DNA of 64,000 bases from Tubiluchus corallicola. Lineage: Eukaryota; Animalia; Priapulida. Position 1 is the first letter of the stretch. Each line of letters starts with the position of its first letter. Shown piece by piece: positions 12,596-24,123 of this stretch. The stretch lies in NCBI GenBank assembly GCA_030141605.1, contig JAQGDQ010000379.1:1-64000 (forward strand). Direction: 5' to 3'. The translations under genes and the position numbers were made by a program. The notes beneath the pieces are model-generated. The model saw only the letters and a program-made list of their open reading frames with translations, ran no database searches and was not told the origin of the DNA.

Positions 12596-13095
12596 TATAG
12601 GTGAGAATCGAATGTGTGGGTTCTAATCTAATTCGAACGTAAAATTAATTTTTCAAATAATTGAACACTTCAACTGCATACTTTCATTATTGTTAAAACA
12701 TTTGAAACATCATGTAGTCAACACAGTTTAGTGGCGATGGTTTTTGTGCACAATTTTTTAGTAAATTGTAAGTGTCTCGACTGTAGAATAAAATCAAGTA
12801 ACATGATCTTTGTGAAACTGATTTATATTGATGTTCCTGGATTTCTGTCTAGCAGAAATAATCGCAAAACATTGGGCATTATTTATTGGCAAATGCATTT
12901 TGGTGCATTAATACATAACAGAGACCATTTTTTATTTATGATTTGAAAATCTGTTTGAAAATCTTTCAAACTGTGTTGAAATTCGATTCGGATTTCAAAA
13001 TTTGAAATTCGGCTTGATTCATGTTCGAAAGTTAGAAATTCGATTGGATTTGTAATCACTTTCTAGTAGATTTCAAAGTAGAGTGCTCACCCCTA
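12596..13095. mobile_element. Degenerate hAT-like MITE family A, copy 3
   Basis: tataggtgagaatcgaa...gtgctcaccccta with the same internal order as copy 2. Confidence 0.65.
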
Positions 13096-13281
13096 CCACA
13101 GAGCTCTAAATGATTGTGTACCACTAGGATGGGAGATAAGACCTGGTCTGCTAAGCTGTATCATTTAGGTGCTAAGGTGTATCATTTAGGCCTATTTGTA
13201 AATATTCTACCAAGTTTGTAGCAGTCAAATTTAGCTAGCTTTTAATGGACTAACGTAACATCTTTTTATGTTTAACTGATT

Positions 13282-13416
<135 letters not shown>

Positions 13417-13814
13417 TCAAAAGAGGAGGTGACATACCTCTTTGATTATGTGTCTATGGTTTTTGAAAAAAACTGATGTATAATATATACCACAATGTAG
13501 CTCTCAAAATGTGCTTTACATTGAAAACCAAGGAATTTGAAGAAAAATGCATCTTCATCGTTATTTCAACTGTTTTTACAAGAAATTTCAAACTGTGTTA
13601 TCTTTCAAATTATTCACAGGGATTCCAGAAAAACTAGTTGCTGTGAAAGTAAGTTGGTATGAAAGTTCACTGGCTCCTCTTTACCTTTTCCAAGATGTGC
13701 ACGACTTATTATGTGTGGAAGATCAGGCTATTTTCTTCTGGCATCATTATAATGTCATTTCTAGGGTTTAGTTTGAGTTTACTCCCATCCAATAGTACAT
13801 AAAACAACGTTCAT

Positions 13815-14690
13815 TAAAAAAATAAAAACACAGTATAGCTACTAACACACTACATAATTAGCACTTATTAAGATGTGGAGGAGGACACACTGAGCAAAGC
13901 TACTTACATGTGTCTATCTAATTTATGAAACCTTGTTAAGGCAATATGTTCAAGTCTTTTACGAAATAACTTAACATTTACAGCAGTAACTAATGACGAA
14001 CCATTTACAGAAACAGGCAATGAGTTCCATATTGGAACAACACGATTTGAGAAAAACTCGTGAAAATGTGTCTTACATTTATGCCTTACAAAGGGTTTTA
14101 ATGAGCGATTACTCTTGGTTTTATTATTTAAAGTTTTGGTAAAAAATGTTTCCCTGTTTAAATCAACACCCTTTTATGCATAATTTTGTAGCACATACAC
14201 AAATCAAAAATTACGCATCTTTCTTCTAATGTCTTATGATTTTGTCTAATGATTTAAGACTCAGAATTTGTAATCTATGTGGATACGATTCATAATTAAT
14301 TCCATGTCTATTACAAAGGCGTCTTGTAGTGTACTGCTGAACATTTTTTACGGCATCTAAATCACCAAGCAGATAAGTACACCACACAGGAGAACAATAT
14401 TCAACCAATGTCCTGACATATTTTATAAGCTTTCAATAAAGACCGTTTGTTCCTAAAACAAGAAATTCTAAAGATCATATTGCTTATCCTGTTTGCTCTC
14501 GTACAAATTTCAGCACAGTGGGCACTAAAATTTAGGTTTTGTGATACACGTATTCTAAGATCTCGGAACATTACTAATAGTCTCAATTTCCAGATTTTGT
14601 TAATAATAGTTATTACCGGGATATTTCTATCAATGTGCAATGGTGCGCCCATATGTCACGTAGTTGAAAAGCACATAATAACATGAAAAT
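13815..14690 (-). mobile_element. 5'-truncated, frameshifted CR1-clade LINE (ORF2 C-terminal region and 3' UTR)
   Basis: Translations NLNFSAHCAEICTRANRISNMIFR..LLKAYK, EYCSPVW..LDAVKNVQQYTTRR..SYPHRLQILSLKSL, and FFSNRVVPIWNSLP, all typical post-RT CR1 motifs. Confidence 0.85.
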
Positions 14691-14894
14691 TTAGTACAGT
14701 ATGTCAGCTTTATATAGTAAATTTATGAAGAAACCTCGTGAGATAGAAATTGCAAGCCTTGTCTAAGTTTGTGTTTTTTCCAACCGAGTAGCAGTTTTGA
14801 CTGCTCACATTGGTACAAAAAGGTCTAGGCATTGAACTGAACTCAGCACCGTTTTTTATTTAAGCAATTAAGACATTTTCTTGTTATTGAAAAT

Positions 14895-15015
14895 ATGGGA
14901 AGATCATCAAAAGACAAGAGAGACGTCTATTACCGGCTTGCCAAAAAAGATGGCTGGAGAGCAAGAAGTGCCTTCAAGCTTTTACAGATCAACGAGCAGT
15001 TTGACTTGTTTACAG
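14895..15015 (+). CDS. FTSJ1: FTSJ1 coding exon 1
   Basis: [40 protein letters not shown] |gtaaac. Confidence 0.96.
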
Positions 15016-18000
15016 GTAAACAATAAACATAATAAGTGATTAGATCCATCAATTGTGCTGATCTGTTATACAAAGTAATCTTATTTGTAGTCATGTTTCT
15101 AGCGTTATTTGTTGTTTCAAAGTATCACTTTGACAATTAAATAAGTTTGTTGCTGATTTTTTACTCATATAATTATAGGTAATTGCATAGCATTGCAGTG
15201 GTCGTTGTTTTATCTCATTAAAGTGAGGGGGTAGCTTTTCTTCTTGAAGGACAGGTAATGTGTTTTAAAAAATGCGCATTTTCTATGCAAACGATCTTAA
15301 CAGCCCTATGTTGCTACAAAGTTTGTTATTTATGGAAAATAATATAGAAGGTAATCTCATTTAAATCAATTTATAAGTATATCGATTGGCTCTGACTGCA
15401 TACAAAAATTGTCTTAAATATTACATTTTGTTGGAAGCGATTTACACTGCAGACCTGCAAGCTATAGTTAATTTTTTTTTCTATTGAAACACTTGAGTTT
15501 GCTTATTTTTATAGGTGTGAAAAGAGTAGTAGATTTGTGTGCTGCTCCAGGAAGTTGGAGTCAGGTTTTGTCAAAAAAACTCAGGTTGGTGTATAGTGTA
15601 GTGTTTGTTTGGTCAAATGTTTTTCTCAGGACACTCACGATGCTTTTCAGTTTTCATGTTTTTGTTACCTTTATCATAAAGTGAATTTGGTGTAGGTGGA
15701 GGGGTAATGGTTACCTGATTATAGTGTATATTTGGGTACTAAATTAAACTATGGTTAGTAAACGGATGAGTTACTGGTGGGCGGTTCGCATATAAACTTT
15801 AGATGTTTTTTTTATTATGTGTGTTTGTCTTGCAGTTTATTGAACTAGTGCTGTAGTTCTTTGTGACTTACATTAATTGCCTTTTTACAAGCACACTGAA
15901 TTAAAACTTCTAGTATTTACTTATAAAATTTTGCATGAATAGTGTGCAACATATTTGTCTGATCTTTTATTTCTGCCATAGTGTCATACTCAGAGATGGT
16001 GTCGCAATTCGTACCCGCCAACCAGCTGATCCTTTACTAGTTATAACCTTGATAAATGTATGACCATCGTGCTTTTGCTCCAGGATTGTGGAGCACTAAC
16101 TGCAAAAGTTTATCATAATCTATGCGTCAGATCGTTTATCGTAATCTATGCATCAATTGCCATCATACGAAATTTTAAAAAGCACTTGAAAGCTAACCTG
16201 TTTAGGCAGCATTATGGATCATAGCAACATTTGTACATTAGAGTAGAGTATGCTGGTGCAATTTTACGATTGCTTTTAAAATTCATCTTATAGCATTATT
16301 TACAATTAGTATGATTTTAGAATGATTAATTTTATAATGATTATTTATGTGTGTAGTTGTAAGTTATTGCAGATTTTTTAATTGTAAAGCGTATTGAGAT
16401 CACTTGATGTGATACGCTATACAAATAGTAAATTATTATTATTATTATCATTATTTTTATTATTATTATTAACAATTCTGCTCAAGAATGATGTCCCAAT
16501 TTAAGCACTGCCAGGTTTGGTTAGAAATAGAATGATAACTGCGGGTGGTTGTTTATTTATGAGATTTTTTTTATTTAAGTTCCTGTAAAGTACATGTAAC
16601 CTTGCATAATGGAAACTTAAATGTTTGTAGTGTTATGTAATATTAATGCAAAATTGCAGTACAGTACAGTGTTGTGTGTAATCTCCACGCTTGGATGAGT
16701 AACCATTACTTTGTGCATATATTGGTATCTATAGAAAAACTCAGCTATTGATTCAATTGTTGACTGTTTCATATGTTGTAGGAATGATGATGGTAACTAT
16801 GATGATGTTAAAATTGTTGCCGTTGATTTACAACAGATGGCACCACTACCAGGTGTCATACAAATACAAGGTGATATAACAAAGGTAACCATCTTTAGAT
16901 TTTTCTATAATTTTAGCACAAAAACTTTTTTGTTCATTAGGGAATGAAGCTCCTTTTTGTGCCATTTGATTAATGCAAAATGTTCTATCAGTAGTCAGTT
17001 GCAAATTATAGCATATTTGCACATCGCCACCAAGGTTAAGCAACACTCGACTGGTCAGTGGATGGATACTGCCTAGATTGATACTCATTCTGGGTGGTTT
17101 CATTTGCCTTATATATACTAGCTTATTACCTCATAGAGGCAGGACATCAGTTTAGTGTCTCATCTTGGAGGAATATCTCGTTGATACGCCAGGTTCCGAT
17201 CTCGCCACAAACATGATTGTTGATTAGGTTTCTCATGAAATGATGAATTGTAGTTTGCAATGCTGAAGCTGTATAAAAAATAACATCTATGCTACTATGC
17301 AGTAGTCTCTTATAGACAAGTTGATTTAAAAGTGTTAAACTTGCAGAGAGCCTCATTTTTGGAGGGTTGTTCTGTGTGAGTCAGATAATGCTTAATAAGC
17401 AACCTAGTTTTGCTTTTGTAGGAATCCACAGCTAATGAAATAATTAGTCACTTTGAAGGTGAAAAGGCAGATCTAGTCATTTGTGATGGTGCACCTGATG
17501 GTAAGATACAGTCGCAGAATTTTATGAACTTTCAGTAAATTTTGTGAAACACTTTTGGAAATGTAGTTAAGCAATTATTCAAGTCAAATAAACAGGTATT
17601 TCCTATAAACATTCATATGCATTTCTTTATTTGAATATTTTTGTAAAATGCTATTATGTAAGTTAATTCTGAAATTAACAATTATTCATGCTCTAATTTT
17701 TGAAAAGATTCCACGGTAAGACATAGCAATTCATACTGCTACTTTGTTTTCAAGAGAAAGAAGGAAAAGCGAAAACACATGGCTTCATTAAGATAAACCA
17801 CAGTGTTTTGAAATCGGCATCATATTTTATCTTGTCTTTGATTGTGAAATTTTTTCATTAATTGCCACTATTTTTGTCATTAAGAATTAACTTTACTCAC
17901 AGGTTACTCAAATTTTGGAACAAGGCAAGGAATTGTCTGAATTTTTTTGTTGTTTTTTGTGGTTAGATCAGCTGTTGTCGTTCCATACAAAATGATCAAT

Positions 18001-21000
18001 TTTGACCATTTTAAGGGCACGTAATATATATACTTATAATATATACTTATATATTCATAACTAATGTGCTTGTTTTTTAATTGCTGTACTAATTCACATT
18101 TTTGTTCATCATTTCAGTTACTGGACTTCATGATCTTGATGAATACATTCAAGCTCAGCTTTTATTGGCGGTGAGTTTGTTTCTGTCATACTTTCTGTTC
18201 CCCATTGGAAATTTTGTATTTTTTGTCTGATGGACATTGTTTAACTTTTTTAATGTTCTTTGAGTCTTTGATTGTCACACCTGTGGCTGAAAGCAGGATT
18301 CTGGTTTCTGGAGTGCTAAATTGTATAAGCAAATTACATTCAAATGACTAGTCTTAGAAAAATCTCTTTAACATCTATCTTGCACTGAAATTTGTCATAA
18401 TTGAGAGTGGTCTTTACATTTTCTTGTTATCTTTAAGATATTATTTTTTATTATTTTTTCTAGGCTTTAAATGTAACAACTCATGTGTTGAAGAACGGAG
18501 GAACATTTGTTGCAAAGGTAAGTGAGAAGTGTCAAATAAAATTATGTAAAAATTAACTTTTTGTAATAATATTTATGCATAATTTTTTTAAGCATTATCA
18601 AGATTAAGTACAGTCTATATGCTGAAGCAAATAAATATACTCACTTTGATATATTTGTTTTCTTGATATGTATCCAACTTCTGTCATTTGTACTGCATGT
18701 GAGAGGTTCTGTCTGTTTCATAACTAAAGGGCAAAATAGCTCACCTTAAGTGATTATACTCCATGTCCAAACTGTCAAAGGAGATGCGGATGCTGAGGAT
18801 ATGGTACAGTGCAAGAAAATTGTGTGTGAAGTGTTTGAATTATCTCATGTAAATATTTTTATCGTAAGACTCATGGGTAAAAATCAGAAAGACAGATCAA
18901 AGTCCAGATTCATCATACTAGGCCATTGAACTACAAATTGTTTGTCGGCCCCATCAAAGCCCCACATTATTAGTGAAAGGAAAGAGCTAATGAATGTGCT
19001 ATAACCACATAAGAAATTTGCAAATGAAGATTGTAGATTTAAGTTCAGGACTGACTTATAAGCCGTTTCACAGTTCCTGTGATTGATGATAATCGTGAAA
19101 GGTCAAAGGTTAAATGAATCAGACAATGCATTTGTGTACACTTCACAATGCCTCGCAGCTCAAGCTATTGTAATAGTAACAGTTTTAACAGCTAGCCGAA
19201 CTTTACCTAGTTCATTTTTCTTTTTTCCAAGGAAGATCCTGCTAGTAAGTCTCTCTGCACACAGACTAATGCATAATTAAGTGAAGCCCACGTAAAACAC
19301 CTGAAGTTACTGAATTGATGTGGCAAATGGCTTTACTTCACTCATATACCAAGTAACGATTGTAGTTAAGATGCATTGCTTTGGTTCAGTTAATGTTTGA
19401 CCCTACAGCAGCTGTGCGTGTGCACAACGAAACTGTGAAAGGGCTCATTGTCACCTGATTATAAATTACATGTAGTTACTAAATAAGCACTGAGATGCAC
19501 CTGCTTTAAATAAATAGTCTTAGTGTAACGTTCACCCACTCATGATAGCAAATGAACTGTTGATGATTAACCATTCATTGGCCTTTATTGCCTAATTTTG
19601 TTCTTAATTAGTTGTGTATGTAAAAATCCGTAGGATTATGAAACTTACATAGACATCATTGCTGCATTTGCCTCTCATTTAGTAAAAATTTACCATGGCA
19701 ACAGTGAGTGGTTCAATTTCTTTAGCTTTTTGATAAACATTTTGTAGCAATAAACTACCTTCTTTACCTTTTAACTTACCATAATTTATTAATCTTAAGT
19801 TGTAGCTGTTTAAGTTTTTAATTTTGTTTTATCCAGAGAAACTCCAGTGCTGTAGAAACTTATTATTGTGCAGTATGCTGACATGTTTAAATCACATAGC
19901 ACAATATATTAATAAATTTACGTACATAGACACATATGCTGCCTTTATTCATATCTATTCTGCATTAACAGATATTCCGGGGTAAAGATGTCAGTTTGTT
20001 ATATTCACAACTGAAGCTGTTCTTCCCCATTGTAACATGTGCAAAGCCAAGAAGTAGTAGAAATTCCAGCATAGGTACGTTTTCCCTTCACACGTTCAAA
20101 AAACACCTTCACTTCACAGCAGTAATAACTGCACTGCATTTTTTCTTATAATAATTGTTATTTTTGTTTTATTACAGAAGCTTTCGTAGTTTGTCAGCAA
20201 TATATGCCACCAGATGGTTACATTCCTAATATGTCTAACCCATTATTAAATGGTAACTACGGTGAGTTTGGTATAGTTTTTGTTGTCGTTTACATTAGAC
20301 ACGATATCATTTTGTAGAAAATGGGTTTGCAACTTTTTGTAATTTTTATTTACTTTCACAAGGACTTTTTATATGTTTAGTTTATAGCATCACATAGTAG
20401 TGGCAATTGTCTTGTGCACTGCAGACTCAAGCTCTGTAATGCTCCACATGATAGAGTATGAACAATAAGAAAAAAGCAAATGGCCAGGAAACGTTCTTGA
20501 TATAATAAAATATTTTGCTTACCGAAAAACTTATACATACAGAATTCGGCTATGTAATTTCCACGTGAGCAAAGTTTAACAGTATCCATCATTCTTACAA
20601 CTTCTTTGAAATTTCGTTGTTTGAATAATTTTGGCATATTATTGTTATAGTGGCAAGTAACAATTTAAAGGCAGTTGTATTTTTCAGATGATTTCAATAG
20701 TTTAGACGGGGTAAATCGAGTCATGGTTCCATTCCTTGCCTGTGGTGATCTTAGTGCATACGATGCTGATACATGTTACCCATTGCAAGTATGTTCATGA
20801 AACATTATTGAATTTGTACAACTAGTTTCAAATCTCATGATCACTGTGTCTTAGCGACACGCAGTACTTTAAAAAATCTTTTGTACTTTTAGATATTAAC
20901 TCCAATAAGCAAAAATTGTATACCTAACAATTTACATCAAACAGTAATTAACCTAACGTATGATTTGATGACGAAAAGAGATACCGGAAGGTTGTGAACC

Positions 21001-21396
21001 AGTCTGGTCTTGAAGTAAAGACCTTGCAATTAGAACTTGCTCTGACACTGTAGTGCAAGCTCACAAGAAGAAGCAGACCAACTACACAGTATTGCTGGCT
21101 AATCACAGTCAAGTTTCACCGAGTTGTGCCAAGTAATTTGATTAGCTGATTAACATCTGTACTTGCATGAGTATCGTTTTCATTTTCATTGTTTCTTCTT
21201 TTAGCTAAAAGACGGAGACGAGTACGAATGGATTCCACCAACTCAACCACCTATTCATCCTCCCTATGAAGAAGCCTGTCGTTTGAAAAAGAGCAACTGC
21301 CTTAAAAAGCAAACAAGTGAAACCACCGTAAATATTAACAATGTGCAAACTAATGCAAACTGTAGCAGCAAGGAACTTGCTGAGTCAAGCAGTTGA
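14895..21396 (+). CDS. FTSJ1: tRNA (cytidine32/guanosine34-2'-O)-methyltransferase FTSJ1/TRM7, complete 10-exon gene, 319 aa
   Basis: join(14895..15015,15515..15584,16782..16884,17422..17500,18118..18170,18464..18517,19972..20074,20178..20261,20688..20788,21205..21396) = 960 nt, all introns GT-AG. Motifs [78 protein letters not shown] (K-D-K-E tetrad). Confidence 0.97.
15515..15584 (+). CDS. FTSJ1: FTSJ1 coding exon 2
   Basis: [24 protein letters not shown] (SAM-binding motif). Confidence 0.96.
15990..16470 (+). mobile_element. L2/CR1 LINE 3' end fragment in FTSJ1 intron 2
   Basis: [10 protein letters not shown]-like ORF2 end, L2-type tail tgtaaagcgtattgag...gatacgctatacaaat, then (ATT)n. 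Confidence 0.7.
16782..16884 (+). CDS. FTSJ1: FTSJ1 coding exon 3
   Basis: [34 protein letters not shown]. Confidence 0.95.
17422..17500 (+). CDS. FTSJ1: FTSJ1 coding exon 4
   Basis: [26 protein letters not shown]. Confidence 0.96.
18118..18170 (+). CDS. FTSJ1: FTSJ1 coding exon 5
   Basis: [18 protein letters not shown]. Confidence 0.96.
18464..18517 (+). CDS. FTSJ1: FTSJ1 coding exon 6
   Basis: [18 protein letters not shown]. Confidence 0.96.
19085..19445 (+). mobile_element. Dispersed MITE-like repeat family E, copy 1 (FTSJ1 intron 6)
   Basis: Colinear with 59500-59852. Inverted motif aggtcaaaggttaaatgaa / ttcagttaatgtttgacc near the ends. Confidence 0.7.
19972..20074 (+). CDS. FTSJ1: FTSJ1 coding exon 7
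   Basis: [34 protein letters not shown]. Confidence 0.96.
20178..20261 (+). CDS. FTSJ1: FTSJ1 coding exon 8
   Basis: [28 protein letters not shown]. Confidence 0.95.
20688..20788 (+). CDS. FTSJ1: FTSJ1 coding exon 9
   Basis: [34 protein letters not shown]. Confidence 0.95.
21205..21396 (+). CDS. FTSJ1: FTSJ1 coding exon 10 (last)
   Basis: [29 protein letters not shown]...ELAESSS* (TGA 21394-21396). Confidence 0.88.
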   Translation, partial: LKDGDEYEWIPPTQPPIHPPYEEACRLKKSNCLKKQTSETTVNINNVQTNANCSSKELAESSS

Positions 21397-23810
21397 TGAA
21401 AATGTTCATCACGTCAACTGTATTTCCAAACTGATGTTTTTTTTAATTCAAGCATTGTCGTCTGAAAGTTGGCTATTAAGTTTTTGTAGTTATTCACATA
21501 TCCTGAATGTTCATTTCATGAGGATCATTTTGATACCAAGTTCTTCACTCTAAGTTCATCAATCTACATTGAAGTTGAGATGCAGACTGCACACTGAAAA
21601 ACATAACTTTGAGAAAATCGCTGTTAAAGTTAGCCATTGTTTTCGTCACATTTCTACATAACACTTAGCAACCATACAAATGTTGTTTGCTATAGCTATA
21701 GTCTTTGCAAGAACTCACTGAAGTTAAGTTTAAATCCAATAGATGGCTCTTCCAGATGAAGATCTGAGCTTGGCAGCAGAAAAAACTGCAAGCAAAACGA
21801 CTGCTTCCAGTACTACTATCGGAATTTGAAAATACGAGTTTTTACAGTTGCATTACTGGCTTCTAGCCAGAGAAGTGGGTATGGGTTTGTAAAATGAAAT
21901 TTTTAGTATTTTTTTAACATTTTCTTCATAATTTGATGCTAGAATATAAAAGTCAGATATATTTAGCATTTGCTCTTATAGAAAGCAAAAAAATGACATT
22001 TGACCACATTTTTGGTACACGTGGTTTTAACTATGCCAACGTATGGACAGTTTTGGTTTGCAAGTACACATATCATCCTACAGAAATTTTCTATTAAGGT
22101 CAACATCTATTGTGGAAACCGAAGGAGTGAAGTAAACTGATTTACGACTTGCTTTGAGTTTTCTAATCATGATTGTATCAAGTATTATTTATATGCAACT
22201 ATTAACAATTATACACAGTAAAAACACACTGGTTAATACAAAGATAACCAGATTATTTATTAGTTTTAATAGAAGACCATTACTGCTCGAGTAAAATTTG
22301 ATTCTTGAGAAAGTATGATGCACAAAGAAAGCAAAAATTAATCATCTAACAAATCTAGAATAAAAAATGGATATTATATAATAACTTGTGTACACAGAAA
22401 TGAGTATGTCATTTGCAAATAAGCTGTACATTAAACCCATAAACCTGCAAAGTTGGAAAGCTGTTGCTATGCTAAACAAAGAACATTTTCACACAAAAAT
22501 TACAGTTTCAGGAAGACACAATCAGTATCAAGTTTTGACAAACAATCGTAAAACATTTACACACAGAAAAAGGAAAGTTACCGTATTCTGTTGAAATTTA
22601 AACCTTGCAGTCATTACATACATACTAAAAATCAAGGTACAGCAGTAATGCCTTGTAATCTTGTGCAGACCACATTCGCAACTGTGTACTACGAGCCAGA
22701 TTACGTTACACATCCTACAGTTCATCCGTGAACAGAAAAAATGAAATGACACAAACAAAACAACAACATTTACAGCAAGTCACCTGTGTTTATTATTGCA
22801 TAGGTCTGATCTTTTTATCCTTCTAGTGAAGTTAATAAAAACAATTATAGTAATTATTACATATGGAATTAAAACTCTAGCAGAGGAGGACGTAAAGATA
22901 CACTTTCAGAAAAGTGGTACTTTGCACATTTTTGCATCCTTAAAGTGAGACGAGGTGCACATTATTATTAATTTGTCATATGTACTTTGCAAAGAAATTT
23001 ATGAATTGTTAGGTTTCTGTAAAGGTGGGTTGTATTAGTTACAATATAAAAATTGTGGTAGTTTACACATACTTAGCTACACAAGTGAAGACAATTATAT
23101 AAACAGCTATGGTGATGTAATTCATTAACAGCTACTTAAACACAGTAAGATGAACAGAGTATTAGTTTATTTGTAATAATGTAATTAACAACAATATAAA
23201 AAAATTAACCTTTTATTAACGTTCTCCCACTGTGTGGCAAGTAGTAAGAATCTAAATACAATAAAAATGTTCTATTTGCTATTAGCTTATACACATAATA
23301 ATTATCAATTTCATTATGCTTGTATACAATAAAAAAATTCCATAATCTTTACACCACAATGTCTACAATTATAAACATCCAAGTAGAATAAAAAAAATCT
23401 ATAAATTGAGAGGGCGATATACCATAAAAAAATCTAACCACCCAAACATTAATTACAACCTTTATTTATTACGATGCTAAATTTTAATGACGCCCATTCC
23501 AACAACTAGTCCCTCGAAACAAAAGAATCACTGCACTATAATTATATAGTATTAAAGAATGCCACTTAGTAAAAACCTATAACACAAAAAACAAGCTAAA
23601 ATTCATTGTAAGTAGTTCATTTATCGATATGTATTAGCTTTGTATTCAGACTAAATTAATTACAATGAAGCACAAAAATGGCACCGATGTTTTCAACCCT
23701 CTACTTGCTGCCACGTAACTTTCTAAAACTGCCTTCATAAACTGCATGTCATGATTTCAGTATCAGTTAATTTGTTGTTGTAATAGTTTTATAAGTGTTG
23801 AAAGTTTATT

Positions 23811-24123
23811 TCAGCACAGTATAGTCAATGTAACAGTTCCCTTGGCATTTTTCAATGTATTAACAGCTTTCTCATGAGTCACGCCCTCCAAAGACATGCC
23901 ATTTACAGCTATTATCTGGTCACCACGTTTCAGGCGGCCATCTTCCGCTGCAGCTCCTTTGTTGAAGACAGTCTTTACGTATATAGGTAGATCACCATGT
24001 GGCGAGTCATAGCCTCCGACTATGCTAAATCCTAGTCCATCTGGACCACGCTCTAGCTGTATGGTTTTGCACTGCAGTGGAGCTGTAGCTGTTGATGCAG
24101 ATTGAGGTGGCAGTGGCGATTGT
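23811..24123 (-). CDS. MPDZ: MPDZ-like last exon (C-terminal PDZ, PDZ13-type)
   Basis: [59 protein letters not shown]...TVTLTILC*. Confidence 0.96.

Noticed and set aside
17235-17270. C/D box snoRNA in FTSJ1 intron 3
   Set aside because: ATGATGA and CTGA are only about 20 nt apart and there is no terminal stem.
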